A stretch of 64,000 nucleotides of DNA from Eledone cirrhosa (Eukaryota), in NCBI GenBank assembly GCA_964016885.1, contig OZ024742.1:131564001-131628000 (forward strand). Direction: 5' to 3'. Of this stretch, positions 13,556-27,348 are shown piece by piece. The first letter of the stretch is position 1. Each line of letters starts with the position of its first letter. Below the pieces are notes generated by a model. It was not told the origin of the DNA, did no database searches, and saw only the letters and a program-made list of their open reading frames with translations. Both the position numbers and the translations under genes were made by a program.

Positions 13556-13754
13556 AGAGAAAATTGAGGTTGGTAATGGCACATGGAATATATAAGAGAC
13601 AGAATACTTTTTTGTGAAAAAACATATAATTTTATAAGGTAAGGAAATAATAAAGGGTATTATTTCCTTACCTTATAAAATTATATGTTTTTTCACAAAA
13701 AAGTATTCTGTCTCTTATATATTCCATGTGCCATTACCAACCTCAATTTTCTCT
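13556..13754. repeat. Perfect palindrome, 97 bp arms with 5 nt loop, in (TA)n
   Basis: 13556-13652 is the reverse complement of 13658-13754. The terminal TTACCAACCTCAATTTTCTCT recurs at ~46244-46265. Confidence 0.9.
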
Positions 13755-13761
13755 CTCTCTC

Positions 13762-13792
<31 letters not shown>

Positions 13793-13919
13793 GTATGTAT
13801 ATATATATATATATATATATATGCATATTTATATGTATGCGTGTATATATATATATATATATATATATATTACATATACATATATATATGCATATATTTC
13901 AAACAGAGAACAGAATATG

Positions 13920-14440
13920 TAAGCACTGTCTTGATGACGACAAGAGTCAGTTATCCACAGTTACCCACCCTTGCTTCCGCTAGAATCCGTTTCTTGGTGC
14001 TACGTCATCAGTTTCCAAAATTCATAGCTGAAGGCTTTCAAAAGGTTTATTCTAAACATTCCGTACATTGCTAGATATACAAATACTCATAGTTATATGT
14101 ATACAGCTATGTTAGAGTGAATACCTTAATTTCATTTTCCGTCGAGCCATATGTACATTTAGTCAGCCTATGTGCATAGGTATCAAAACTATGTTTTCTC
14201 CTATATTGAGTTCCAGTAGGGAGTTGGGTAAGGGAGCACTGTCTTGATAAGGACCAGGGTCAGAAAAGATGATCGTCGTCGATATTTACCCACTCTTGCT
14301 TCTGCTGGAATCTGCTAGTCTTCAGAAACGTCTTCAGTTTCCAAAGTTCTCAGCTGAAGGCTTTCAAAATGTTTATTCATAAACTTACCATATATCGCTA
14401 GATATACAAAATCCTCTCACTTATTTGTATACATCTATGG
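13920..14440. repeat. Diverged tandem duplication of a ~190-200 bp unit
   Basis: AGCACTGTCTTGAT...CAGTTTCCAAA.TTC..AGCTGAAGGCTTTCAAAA.GTTTATTC...GCTAGATATACAAA at 13922-14111 and 14235-14439. Confidence 0.8.
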
Positions 14441-14832
14441 ATATCCGTCGCTTCTCTGATGTTGTCTCTCCTCATCTTCACTCATCACATACGCCATGAG
14501 TACTGACATTCGATTCAAGTCTAGTTGAAAGACACAATACCGAGAAGATATCGGTAAAGGATTCCATGTTTCCTATTCGGTTACAGAATTTAGGAATGAT
14601 TAATTTCTACGCTTGATTCATTCAGTTGCTTGATGCCATCGGCTTCACGCTGCTGTACACCATGGATTACTTTCCGCCACAATTTCCGATCTGTAGCAAG
14701 TCTTAGAAAGACTTATTACTGAATTGCACAATTTGGTCTTTTCGATTCTTCAATTACGTTTCATCCTCAAGGTTGTATAGAACTAAATACATACATACAT
14801 AAGTGCATACATAAATACATATATACATACAT

Positions 14833-15180
14833 AGGAAATTACCAGTAAAATCCATTAATGGAAGAGTAGCAATATGTAAAATAGTCCAACAATTCTGCAT
14901 CTAATAACAGCATATACACATGTACAGATACAAAACATATACACATGCACACACACAACTAAAATATACACATCAACACATACAATAACATCTCTACCTG
15001 CACACACATATACATGCGCGCATTCATACAGACATATCTAGTTGATGTTGTGTAAATTCCAATGACAGAGTCATTTACATGACTCTGTCATTGGATTTAC
15101 GTTAGAAACCGACTCTCTCTGGTAAAAAAAACCGACTCTCTATTGGTAAAAATTTGTGAAATTATAAAACTAGAACGAAC
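14833..15180 (+). mobile_element. R4/Dong-like LINE family B, 5'-truncated (ORF end plus 3' UTR), flanked by (CATA)n
   Basis: Reverse complement of 55086-55380; (CATA)n lies on both sides. Confidence 0.8.
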
Positions 15181-15219
15181 ATACATACATATATACATAC
15201 ATACGTACATACATATATA

Positions 15220-15934
15220 CAAGAACCCCCTACCAAATATCTGCTGCACAAAAGGGGAGGGCCAGCAGCTGACAATAAATGTAGGCTATGTAAAACAAAG
15301 ATCGAGGATGTAAGCCACATTGTTGCCAACTGCGAAAGAATGTCATCTCGCTATTACCACCCCATGAGACACGATGGGATAGCTAGAACCATCTGGAACG
15401 CACTTCGGAAAACAAAATTAACAACAAACGAGGAAGAATATATTGAGAGAGATGGCACTAAGGAATACTGGTGGAACCTGAAAATAAAAACTGCCACCAA
15501 ATTAAAGCACAACCGGCCTGATATTGTTGTTTGGGACCACACATTGAAAACGTGTTCTGTTGTGGAGATCAGCTGCCCACTTAATGTAAACGTTGTCAGA
15601 AAAATACAGGAGAAAGAGGACATCTACGGACAATTGATGAGGAGTTTACAAATCCAGTATCCAAGATACACCTTTAGCTTCATACCCATCATTATTGGAG
15701 CTACGGGTTATATACCAACCCGCTTGGACCAAAGTATGATTGAACTTGGATTCGCGGACAAAAAGCGCAGCTCCCTAATTCATAGTCTACAAATGGCTGC
15801 GATAGCTGGCACCTTCAAAATTTGCAAAACATTCTTGCGATTCAAGGGATGACAATTTCTTTTCTTTTACAACTTTGCCACCAGGAAGGTGGCCGGTCAA
15901 AATAATATATTCGAAATTAAGAGAAAGAGATAAC
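15220..15934 (+). mobile_element. R4/Dong-like LINE family A, 5'-truncated (CCHC finger plus restriction-like endonuclease)
   Basis: CRLC..ED.SHIVANC, RHD, HNRPDIVVWD and VEISCP motifs; near-identical to 61565-62280; (CATA)n on both sides. Confidence 0.9.
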
Positions 15935-16049
15935 ATGCATAGTTACATACATAAATACATACATACATACATCAATACATACATACATAACATACATACT
16001 CACACATAAATATATGCACCAATGCTTATATAGTTATTCACATATACAT

Positions 16050-16480
16050 AGAAGAATATTGATAATACCTAAACATAAAATCGCCACCAAATTAAAACAA
16101 CCTACCTGATATTGTTGTGTGTGACAACACATTAAAAAAACAAACATGTATGCATATATTTATGTATGAATGTATGCATAATGTCTGTTTCTAATTAATT
16201 TTGCATTTACCTTTGACCACCCACCTTCCCGGTAGCAAGGTTATAAAGAAGGAAATCTTCTTCGTCACTTGTGCAATCATTCATCCTTTGAATTGTAAGA
16301 ATGTTTTACTGATTTTGAAAGTTTCACATAACGTGCCATTTGTAGTTTATGAATTAAGGAGCTACGAATTTTCTCTACAAACACATGTTCAGTTATACTT
16401 TGGTCCAGACAGGTTGATATATATCCTGTAGTGCCGATAATAATAGCTATGAAACTGCATGTGTATTGTGGCTACTGGAT
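16050..16480 (-). mobile_element. Old diverged family A pieces: small + fragment (16050-16142) and 3' end on - (16180-16480)
   Basis: TTGACC..CCACCTTCC.GGT.GCAAGGTT.TAAA, CATCC.TTGAAT.G.AAGAATGTTTT and ATACTTTGGTCCA align with 61590-61850. Degenerate (ATGT)n at 16146-16180. Confidence 0.75.
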
Positions 16481-16898
16481 TAGCAAACTTTTATACATAT
16501 CCTCTATATATTCTATTTTTCTTCCTACTTTGACATCAAGCTGGTAGTTGACTTCTATACAAAAACATAATTTATTAAAGCATCCAATAATATTGTTCCT
16601 CATGCAAATTGTCCAAATAAAGAAACTAAAGTAAAATGAATTTTATAACGAAATAACAGTAATATTATATTCATAATGGAAAGTGATTTAAATATATCTT
16701 ATGAAAATATAAACCGAAGAATTTGTGAGTTCATTAAAATTTATATATATATAAACAGATATTTGCCCCCCCCCCCCCCACCTATCTCTCTCTTATATAT
16801 ATATCTAATATATATATATAGACTTTTATACTCAATACTACACAATCGGAGCAAAAAGAATAATGAAAATACCACCGTGAACTTAAAAAAGTACTCAA

Positions 16899-16972
16899 TA
16901 GCCGCTACGGAGGGTTGAACTCCGTATTTTCCGAATTTCAATGCAATGTTCTAACAATTGAGCTAAGGGTTC
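16899..16972 (-). pseudogene. tRNA-like remnant (GAA anticodon) or SINE head
   Basis: TAGCTCAATTGTTAGAAC, loop TTGAAAT, T-arm ACGGAG TTCAACC CTCCGT; acceptor and anticodon stems pair poorly. Confidence 0.45.
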
Positions 16973-17200
16973 TTTGAACCACGTAATTTTCATTGTCTGG
17001 GAATCCTACAATTTCTAAAGTATATGTATATATATATATATAATATATTATTTCCATTTATATTAGATCAGAGAAAATAAAAATACACATACATACGTGC
17101 ATGCATACATACATGGATACATAGATACGCCCATACATACACACTCAGATACATATATCCCTAAATAGATACATATAGTTATACATACATTCATACATGC

Positions 17201-17271
<71 letters not shown>

Positions 17272-17554
17272 CTGGTTGTGGCGCTTTTTAATACTATGAT
17301 AATGCGTACACTAATACCCATATAGACATGCACACAGTAACATACGCACACATACATATTTAGATTGAATAAAATCGGTGCTATGGTTTCAATTAACTAA
17401 AAGGGTTAGATAAGCTGATTTAGGTAGGAAAAGTATATACGGATCCGCTCATCAATGGCTGGTACAACGTGCTGAATATAAGAAAGTTTAGTGAATATCT
17501 GAAATGGCATTCGCTTCAAGACGAGAGAGTTAGTCAATAAATATTACATCTATC

Positions 17555-17632
<78 letters not shown>

Positions 17633-17717
17633 GTCTATCTATCTATCGATCTATCTATCTATAAAATTATCTATTTATTTATCTGTATGTGTACAAATAT
17701 GCTCAGATGTATTTATA

Positions 17718-17779
<62 letters not shown>

Positions 17780-18393
17780 TGTGTGTGTGTATATATATGT
17801 ATATATATCTATATCTCTCTCTGTGTGTGTGTGTGTGTGTATTAGTTTGGCTGCGCGGGAAAACCACGTGGAGAAATGAATCTGTAAAAGAGCTCCACTA
17901 CTAAATTGTCTATCGTTTTCTGGAAAACATGTAAGCGAAATATGTGTTATCTTCTGATCGAAATAGATTCTAGGCATCTTGCAATTCACTGTCACTATAA
18001 ATAATTAGCGGTAGCGTCTGTATCATATTAGTATATATCACTACAATCCAATGAATATATACGTCCCATCATCTCATTTTATTAATGTTCTTAATTTCAG
18101 TTTCCAAAGATAGGCTAAAAAGACATGCGTTGCCGCACAGGAATGTTATTTCCACACACAAAAACACAACCACTTTTACTCTACGTTTTGGAAATCATCA
18201 ACTGCTCAGAAATGTTACATCGGAGAAAATAATCAAAAGTTTGTCTGTGTGTTTGTATCAATATGTGTGCATATTGTATCAATATATGCACACATATTGA
18301 TACAGACACACAGACAAACGAACACACAAACAAACATACATACATAAATACATAAATACATAGACAGATGTACACACATATGTGATACATATT

Positions 18394-19885
18394 TCACAGC
18401 TTTATCATTAAAGGACTTTAACATCTGAAACTACTTCGCTTTTTCTTATTCGATATATACTCCGTCACTCCTATGTGGAAAAAGTACGTTGAGTGCTTGA
18501 ATTGAATTGCATCAATATTTACCTTAAGAATTTAGCTCCAAGACGTTGAGCGCTCTATGGTGTAACCGATATAGTGGAGAAGAGAGGAACCAGCCACCAG
18601 CTACACCCGGAAATTCCCTCTACCACGGGGATGGAAATCACTGATACTGGATGGACATAACATTATAAACTAACTTTCGACAGGTAAATACGCGGAAATA
18701 AAAACAACAATAAACCCCTATTTTCCTGCAGCAAATTGCATTTGAATAGAAATCACCTCACTTCACCCGATAAAAAATCTATATATGGACAAATTGACAA
18801 TCATATTAATCACGTATACCCTTATTTCCATGCAGTTTACCTTCCTAGTATATATTTCTCATGTATATCTCATATCTCATTTTATATATGCATCTCCTAT
18901 CTCATTTTGCATATATGTATTGTATGTATTTTTTTGTGTATTTTATATCTGTATTTTTTTTTGTGGGGGGGGGGGGGGGGTGTTCCATGTGATAGAAATA
19001 CTAACTATGTATTCGCCTAACTACTGCCTTCATAATGTAATTTACCCTCCGTTCTACTGTACGGTACTATCGTTCAGTATGTAGATAATATATCTGTATC
19101 ATTGATACCCCTTTCAAAACTTCTTACTTAAACATCTCCCTATTTATTAGTTATTATATGTGCATATATTTTCTTACTCACTCTAATCTAGATTCTAATT
19201 TGTAATTTTTTGAATTTTTGATTTCTGATTTTTGATTTTTAATTTTTAGTTTTAATTTCCAAATCTTATTCATAATTTCCACTGTGAAACCATAATACCT
19301 AGAAATAAGTATATTTTCTCTTAGAGGTTGATGGTCAATTCTACTGTCCATGCTTAATGTAGGGTAGTATTGAGACCTATTGATACTCATACTCTCTCAA
19401 CCCAACTAGCTTTCGGACGACTGCCACTAACAGGGTGGCTAGTAGTAAGCTATAACCGTGTCATATTACAGGCCTGGATGGGTCATTGTTTGGTTGAGAG
19501 GGGCCTAGGCGAGTTTCGTAAAAATCTGCGGTAGTTGATGGTCAACTTCCTTCGGACCTGCGCCTGCGCAGACGGGTGGGGTGAATTGGTACTCGCAAGA
19601 GAACGGGCAAAGAACTCAAGAGCACACGCTATGTCCGTTCCCATGTCGATTCAATTTGGATTGCCTCGGAAACATAACCTTATTATGTAACAAGCTGTCT
19701 GACGATGTCGCGGCATTGGCGCACGGAACCGTGTGGCCACTGTCGCCATTGAAATATGTATCACAGCATTATCATTAAAGACTTTAACATCTGAAACTAC
19801 TTCGCTTTTTCTTATTCGATATATACTCCGTCACTCCTATGTGGAAAAAGTATGGTGAGTGCTTGAATTGAATTGCATCAATATT
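18394..19885. repeat. ~125 bp direct repeat pair (18394-18519, 19761-19885) around a 1.2 kb segment
   Basis: GACTTTAACATCTGAAACTACTTCGCTTTTTCTTATTCGATATATACTCCGTCACTCCTATGTGGAAAAAGTA is identical in both copies. Confidence 0.85.
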
Positions 19886-19899
19886 AAACATTAAGTATA

Positions 19900-19985
<86 letters not shown>

Positions 19986-20084
19986 TATACACACACACAC
20001 ACACATATATATACTGCTGGCTTACTCCGGATCTAGCTGTAGAAACGACTGGAGCTCACCCATCGGAGTCCAGAATCTTTTCCT

Positions 20085-20137
<53 letters not shown>

Positions 20138-20198
20138 TGTGTGTGTGTGTGTATATGTAATCATTGAAGTTTGGTAGTTCGCCATTGTTATTTTATTC

Positions 20199-20257
<59 letters not shown>

Positions 20258-20453
20258 CACCACTAGGTATATACATGTATGTGTGGGCTCGTTTAGTTAT
20301 GTTTGAGTGGATCTGAAGGTGAGAGTATGACAACGTATGTACGTAGACAAACATGCATAAATATTTACATAGAACAACAATAGTAAAATAAACCATAATA
20401 TTAAATGATGATAGATAGTTAAATAGCGTGAACAGTTTCAGAATGAGACCGGG

Positions 20454-20518
<65 letters not shown>

Positions 20519-20604
20519 TATATATATATATATATATATATAGATACATATATATATATTTAAATATACATATATATATATTTACATATACATAGACTCC
20601 TCCG

Positions 20605-20695
<91 letters not shown>

Positions 20696-21364
20696 TGTAT
20701 ATATGGGCGTATGCGATTAACTGAAACCTGTGATTACTAATGCATGCCATTGCTATTAGAAACATATACAGAAAGGCAAATAACAAATGAAACAAAAAAA
20801 GGCAAAACAAAAATGGGGGAAAAGAATGAAACATTTAGCAAAAATAATGAAAAAATACAAATAAAACTAAAAAAATAAAACAAACAAAATCCACCAAAAC
20901 AATATATAAAAGAATATAAATAGATGCTTGATTCCGAAGATAGATTTCTCTTTCCGTCAAATCACCAAAGATTTTCTGCCAATCAGCAATTTCCTATCTC
21001 ACAGAATAAATAGCAGTGCCAGTCTTTCAATAGTTATCTTGAAGAAACGAAACGAATAAACCAATATATCTTTGAAAATGTATCAGAATAATAATAAAAT
21101 GAATAAAACAGAAAGATAAATATAAATAATATAAAATTGACATAAAATGAAAACAAAGTAAATAGGGAACATTGTGCCAAAAAGTAATAACATAAGAAAT
21201 AATATAAAGGTAGAATCAAGTCTATTAGAAGTATCAAATAAAAAATCAAATTCAAGATGACATTGAAAGCACTAATAAGATAACAGTAAGGTCACACATG
21301 GGAAGAAGACATACACATATATATATACTCACATATCTATCTATCTTTCAATCTATCTATCTAC

Positions 21365-21431
<67 letters not shown>

Positions 21432-21432
<1 letters not shown>

Positions 21433-21691
21433 GAGGAAGATGAAAGACCAAGGGAGCACCCCTTCTCTGTGCTCCCGAGGAGAAGGGTTGCACACTTTTT
21501 TCGGGGGTGTGTGCGACCCCCAAGGCGCCTCCTCTCTATTGAGGACTTTGTTATAAATTTTATTTTTTGTTATATTTTATTTTATTTTTATATATTGTTA
21601 TTGCCTCCTCCTTATTGAGGACGCCTTGTTTTGTAAACTCCCCCCATTGTTCTTGTCCCACTTTTGATGCCCTGGTGGCAAATAAAAGAAA
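21432..21691 (+). mobile_element. Tx1-like LINE, 3' UTR-only copy in (TATC)n
   Basis: Close match to 22418-22678; ends AATAAAAGAAA. Confidence 0.85.
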
Positions 21692-21696
21692 CATAT

Positions 21697-22677
21697 CTCT
21701 GGCACACTGAGTGTGCCCAGGCGCTCACCGCCTTCTGGCAGGCGGATCCGGTTATCAGTGGAGACTCCACCGCAACATTCTATAGAGGGCTGGTACGCAG
21801 CAGGTGCGACGACGCCCTCGGAGAAGCCCTAGACATGGAGGAGGACGAACTGGCCAGCCTGTTCGGTAGGACATTCAGCCCAGGACCTATGGACAACTTC
21901 CAGAAGTCCCTGGCCTGGCAGTGCTACCGAGGGGCTTTACCCGTTCGAGAAAGGCTCTACAGACACGGGCGCCCGGGTCGGGACCCCGCCAAAAAGATCT
22001 GTCCCAGATGCGTGTGCGACGAGGAAACCGTTGCACACGCATTGGTACACTGCTCGGGCGTAGCCGATCTGTGGGGCTATGTCGAACAACTGCTGTCAAG
22101 GGTGGGACCGATCCGGTTGACCACCGAGTCTATTGTAATGATCAAGCCGCCTCCCCCCTTCAAAGATGAAGCAGAGGCGGTGTTTCTGTGCGTAATAGCC
22201 ATGGCGAAAGAGGTTGTATGGTGGACGCGTCTGAAAGGACTGAGGTCAGGCACCTTTCTCTCTGGCCAACAACTGGTCCGTTTCTTCCGATATCATTTCG
22301 GAAGAAGGATCAGGATGGAGAGAGAGGTGCTGCACCCCAGTCGTTTTTATGAAAGATGGGTGAAAGTGGCGAGAATGGCCCGTGTGAATGGGCCTTCACT
22401 CTACATCAGACTATAGGTGAGGAAGATGAAAGACCAAGGGAGCACCCCTTCTCTGTGCTCCTGAGGAGAAGGGTTGCACACTTTTTTCGGGGGTGTGTGC
22501 GACCCCCCAAGGCGCCTCCTCTCTATTGAGGATTTTGTTAAAAATTTTATTTTTTGTTATATCTTATTTTATTTTTATATTTTGTTATTGCCTCCTCCTT
22601 ATTGAGGACGCCTTTTTGTGTAAACTCCCCCCTTTGTACTTGTCCCACTTTTGATGCCCTAGTGGCAAATAAAAGAA

Positions 22678-22678
<1 letters not shown>
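21697..22678 (+). mobile_element. Tx1/L1-clade LINE, 5'-truncated (zf-RVT domain plus 3' UTR) in (TATC)n
   Basis: AWQCYRGALPVRERL..CPRC..EETVAHALVHC....LW to the stop at 22416; 3' end AATAAAAGAAA followed by (TCTA)n. Confidence 0.9.
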
Positions 22679-22726
<48 letters not shown>

Positions 22727-22791
22727 CTTATCTATCTATCTATCTAATCTATCTATCTATCTATCTATCTACTTATCTATCTATCTATCTA

Positions 22792-22831
<40 letters not shown>

Positions 22832-23009
22832 CTCTATCTATCTACTTATCTATCTAAATATATGTCTATCTATCATTCTATCTATCTATTGATCTATTTA
22901 TCTAGCTATCTCGCTGTCTGTCTCTCTCTCTCTATATATATGCATCCACCTACCTCCCTACCTACCTATGTATCTATCTATCTATCTAGCGCTCTCTCTC
23001 TTTCTCTCT

Positions 23010-23064
<55 letters not shown>

Positions 23065-23181
23065 CAAGCTAACTACATATCTAATTATCTATCTATTTGT
23101 CTATCTACCTATCTAACTCTTTATTGATCGAGTTCTCTGTACAAACACACAAACACAAATTCACTCAATACACACACACAT

Positions 23182-23247
<66 letters not shown>

Positions 23248-23879
23248 GACAGACAGAGAGAGAGAGAGGGTGAGGGGGGAGAGAGGTAGCAATATTCACC
23301 TTCAACTATATTCATATTGGAATACAAAAACAAACAAATATATATCACTGTATTGATTGATACAGTTTTATTAATATAAATATATATTTATATATATATA
23401 TGTATATATATGTGTGTGTCTGTGTGTGTATTGCGGCACGTGCTATGTCTATATACGTATATGAATATATCATGTTTCAATGAAAGATTAATGGAAAAAA
23501 GAAGTGGACAATAAGTTGTATAGAAAGGACAAAATACTTAAGTTCCGGCCGTATGGAAATTTATTCAAAGACATTTCAGTCAGCTCAACAATCCTATTTA
23601 AATATCGTTACCATTTTAACTCGAGCAAGATGTTGTATCAACTTCATTACAGACAGCATCATTTTTATGCTCTATATTTCTGTTTTTCTTCTAGGAGACG
23701 TTTCAGTACAGACGTTAACGCATCGAATTTGAATTGTCTAGTTGTTTGTGTTACAGTTCACTGCTTTCTGAGTTCACATCCTTTATAAGTCAACTTTCTA
23801 GGTTGGTTATGATTTTTCTCAAAATGGATATGCACAAACATGCTATCACACCAGTAGTCCCGACTATATAATATTAGGT

Positions 23880-24218
23880 GACTACACAATATATAGGACT
23901 ATTCAACAGAATTCGTAATATAATCGGCAGACAAAATGGAGAAGGCGTTTACCCGGGAGGACAGCAAGGGAGACGCGCTGGAAAAGCCACTCCAACTCAC
24001 GGGGTTCACACCTACGGCTGGCCAGCTCAACGCCTAAGGTGGTGAGTAGGGAGGTATCCCTAGGGCCGAGGACACCAGAAGTCTCCATTGCCAAGGGTAC
24101 AACCGCAGACCTGTCGGAGAGCGACCGCTATTTGAGGAGTTTGGCCTCCTCAGCCCGACGTGCAGCAGTACCTAGGTTAGTCGCAGACTGTACCAGGTTG
24201 CGGCTGCAGAAAGTGTCG
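23880..24218 (-). mobile_element. CRE-clade LINE C-terminal fragment, decayed
   Basis: DTFCSRNL...GTAARRAEEAKLLK*RSL...VPLAMETSGVLGP...EPRELEWLFQRVSLAV. Confidence 0.75.
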
Positions 24219-25224
24219 GTTGGTTATTATAGTAGCAGTCTAGTACTAGTGTCTTTCTCTGAAGGAAATCGCCTCTGTTCCGATTTTGGTAGCATGACAT
24301 TTATATTGGTTGATTATTCTGGCTGGATTAGTGCAGCTGTAGAAATATAATGGTGATGTGGTGGTAGTGGGTGTTTGTATTCTTCTTCTTCTTCTTCTTC
24401 TTCTTCTTCTTCTTCTTCTTCTTCTTCTTCTTCTTCTTCCAACCTCTCCCCACTACTCCATATTCCTTCATCTTGTCCAGCTTCTGCTTCATCACATCTT
24501 CTTTCTATTCCCTCGCCCCAACCAAATTCCATCACTATATTGCCATTTCATCTTCCATTTTTAGCAATCTATATTAAATCACGTTTTTCCAATGAGTTGC
24601 TTCATATTTTATCCAAGCTCTTTAACCATCACTATTCTCTTTTGTTGGTCATCATTTTATCGTAGTTATCGTCTGTTCTTTCCAACTTGCTTCGATAAAT
24701 TCCGCTGTCATTTTTATTGTTGATGTTTTAGTTTGAGAAGTTGTTTTTATATTTCGTGGGAGTTGTTACAATTCTATACACAACCTATGACATATAATGT
24801 AAATTAAATTACATAATTGTTTCTGATAGCACTCTAGTTTTGTTATTGTTGTATTCTAACTTTTTGCTGTACTCTATCCTGCTTGCTTTTACCAATGTTA
24901 TTGTAGATTATTACTGTCAAGGATATTGCTTGTGTTCCCGATGTTGTTTTTCTGTTGTATTAATTTTTTTGTCAATTAGAGTTACTATAATTGTATTCAC
25001 ATTCTATATCTGATGGTGCAAAGACATAATTTATTTTTTTCACTTAGCCCCCTTATATGTTCTGTTTACATCCATGGGAAATATTTCTTTTCATATTTCA
25101 AATCACACGGTTCAAGTAAATATTGTAGAGTTGTGGCCATAGGAAATATTTTAACCCTGAAACAATCAGTATTAATAGTTAAATAATGAAAAAAACATAC
25201 TGTACGATATTATAGCAAAGGGTG

Positions 25225-25412
25225 GTGGATTGGAAGTATCGATAGAGGGACGGACGCCATGCTTTTCAGCACAGAGTAACGTCCCTTTACGGACTGAGTT
25301 CAAATACCGCCGAGGTTAACTTTGCCTTTCATCCTTACGGGGTTGATAAAATGAAGTACCAGTAATGTACTGGGTATTTGCTGGCCTTGTGCCAAAAGTA
25401 GAAACAATTATA
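25225..25412 (+). mobile_element. tRNA-derived Meta-domain SINE
   Basis: GAGTTCAAAT B box followed by AACTTTGCCTTTCATCCTTACGGGGTTGATAAAATGAAGTACCAG. Confidence 0.8.
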
Positions 25413-26284
25413 GAAATAAGTGTGTGTATGTGTCTATGTGTGCGTGTCGCTATGTGTGTGTATGTATGTGTATGTATGTATGTATTTGTGTGTGTGTGTG
25501 TATGTGTCTATGTGTTAGAAGTCAGAAGTTACGATGCGTGTTCCAATTGTCCCACAAACAGAACAGCCTATACTTGAAATTAACTCGAAATTGATTGTAC
25601 ATTCTGCTCATATATTTTACTTAGCTTTCAAGAAAATTCTGAGTTAACCAATTGATAAAGCTGGATTACTAAAATACAGCTTTAACTAAATTAAGCCTGC
25701 TGAGTGGAGTAGTATGAAATATAGTATTTTGTTGACAGCAACAAAACTACGCCGAGAGACGTATCCACAACGTTGCGCTCGTGAGCCGAACAACACCAAC
25801 TAAGCAGCGAGTTGCTTACAGTAGCTCAGAATTACCACCATATAACAACTACCTAGTAAAATAATTCAGGGAATTAATGCTTACATATATTTTACAAACA
25901 ATTACAACTGTTCATTCTTCGCCTATTAGTATGATTGTGTTCTTTCTACTGCATTATTATGTCAGGTACCTTCCAAATGCTACACGTTACATGTACCCCA
26001 GCGGGACTTGTTGAATGGTAGGATCGTCACTGACTAAATCGGGGACACCGTCAAATTTTGCTTGTTGAGGAGGCTGATTACTGAATATGCTGCACGACAG
26101 AAAGTCGAAGGGCAGAAGAATTGATATGAGTCAACGGCCATCCATAAGTATGTACGCATTTATGCATACATGCTTTGTGCACGCGTGCGTGCATGTGCGA
26201 AATTGTAAATAAAATACCCCATTTTGTTTAGCTTTTGAACATATTTATACGCTTAACATTTTATTATTACATTATATTATCAGC

Positions 26285-26668
26285 AAGGCGGTGTATTGGC
26301 AGTATAGGTAGAGCGTCGTACACCCTGCGTCAGCCCTTTATGTTCTGAGTTCAAATCTTGCCGATGTTTGCTTTGATCTTTACGGGGTCCATACAAAAAC
26401 GTGCGGATCACGTATTGGGGTCGACTTAATCGACTTTTTCCTCCCCTACGATTGCTGGCCTTGTGTCTAAATCAGAAATCATCATATTGGCAGTATCGGT
26501 AGAGGGTCGGACGCCATGCTTTCCAGCATAGTTACGTCCCTTTACGATCTGAGTTCAAATCCCGCCGAGGTTAACTTTGCCTTTCATCCTTACGGGGTCG
26601 ATAAAATAAAGTACCAGTAATGCACTGGGTAATTGCTGGCCTTGTGCCTAAAGTAGAAACAATTATCA
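26285..26668 (+). mobile_element. Two tandem Meta-domain SINE copies
   Basis: TGGCAGTAT.GGTAGAG heads at ~26297 and ~26488; B boxes; TTGCTGGCCTTGTG tails. Confidence 0.8.
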
Positions 26669-26670
26669 TT

Positions 26671-26795
26671 TTATTATACATCATTACTTTAGTATACAAC
26701 TCTGATATAATTTAATTATACATCATTACTTTAGTATACAACTCTGATATAATTTTATTATACATCATTACTTTAGTATACAACTCTGATATAAT
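26671..26795. repeat. 3 x 42 bp tandem repeat
   Basis: ATTATACATCATTACTTTAGTATACAACTCTGATATAAT three times head-to-tail. Confidence 0.9.
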
Positions 26796-27139
26796 GCCTC
26801 CAGATATTAAGGTTAACTGCGAATAAATAGAATAAGCAGTGCCGGACGGAACACAGGTTGCCCTTTAGTAAGGCATGGTATCCACTAACCTTCTTTACCA
26901 GGGTCACGGTATATCATAGGAGTAATGGCGGTTATTGACAGCTAGATACACCAGCACACACATCAATGGAACATGACAGACAGAGTCGACTACAGTGGCA
27001 TCGTCACTGCGATAACATACAGGAGTTGCTACCTATTGTCATTGAAATAGCAAGCAGATAGACAAGAATGATATATGCCCGAGGAAATTCAGACATGATG
27101 TTGATGATGATGATGATGATGATGAACATAGGAGCAGAT

Positions 27140-27348
27140 GGATTGGCAGTATCGATAGAGCGTCGGGCACCATACTTTGCAGCATAGAGTTACGGCCCTT
27201 TATAATCTTAGTTCAAATCCGGCCGAGGTTAACTTTGCCTTTCATCTTTACGGGGTCGATAAAATAAAGTACCAGTAACGCAATGGAGTCGATTTAATCG
27301 ACTTTCCCCTCCCCCCAAATTGCTGGCCTTGTGCCTATATGAGAAACT
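27140..27348 (+). mobile_element. Meta-domain SINE
   Basis: Same consensus as 26488-26665. Confidence 0.8.

Noticed and set aside
13920-14440. Duplicated unit as exons or hammerheads (CTGATGA/CTGAAGA on -)
   Set aside because: Stops in the frames checked and no convincing stem II-GAAA geometry.
16899-16972. Functional tRNA-Phe
   Set aside because: Acceptor and anticodon stems do not pair; recorded only as a remnant.
21432-22678. ~260 bp direct repeats resembling LTRs
   Set aside because: They are the LINE 3' UTR starting right after the zf-RVT ORF stop. There is no TG..CA, PBS or LTR-type domain.
26671-26795. CRISPR-like repeat
   Set aside because: Head-to-tail 42 bp units with no unique spacers, no cas genes, and a eukaryotic context.
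26820-27125. Old RTE-like 3' ends with (GAT)n or (AAG)n tails (also ~14620-14720, 30070-30215, 32780-32878)
   Set aside because: Only faint DR..W-type similarity; too decayed to delimit confidently.
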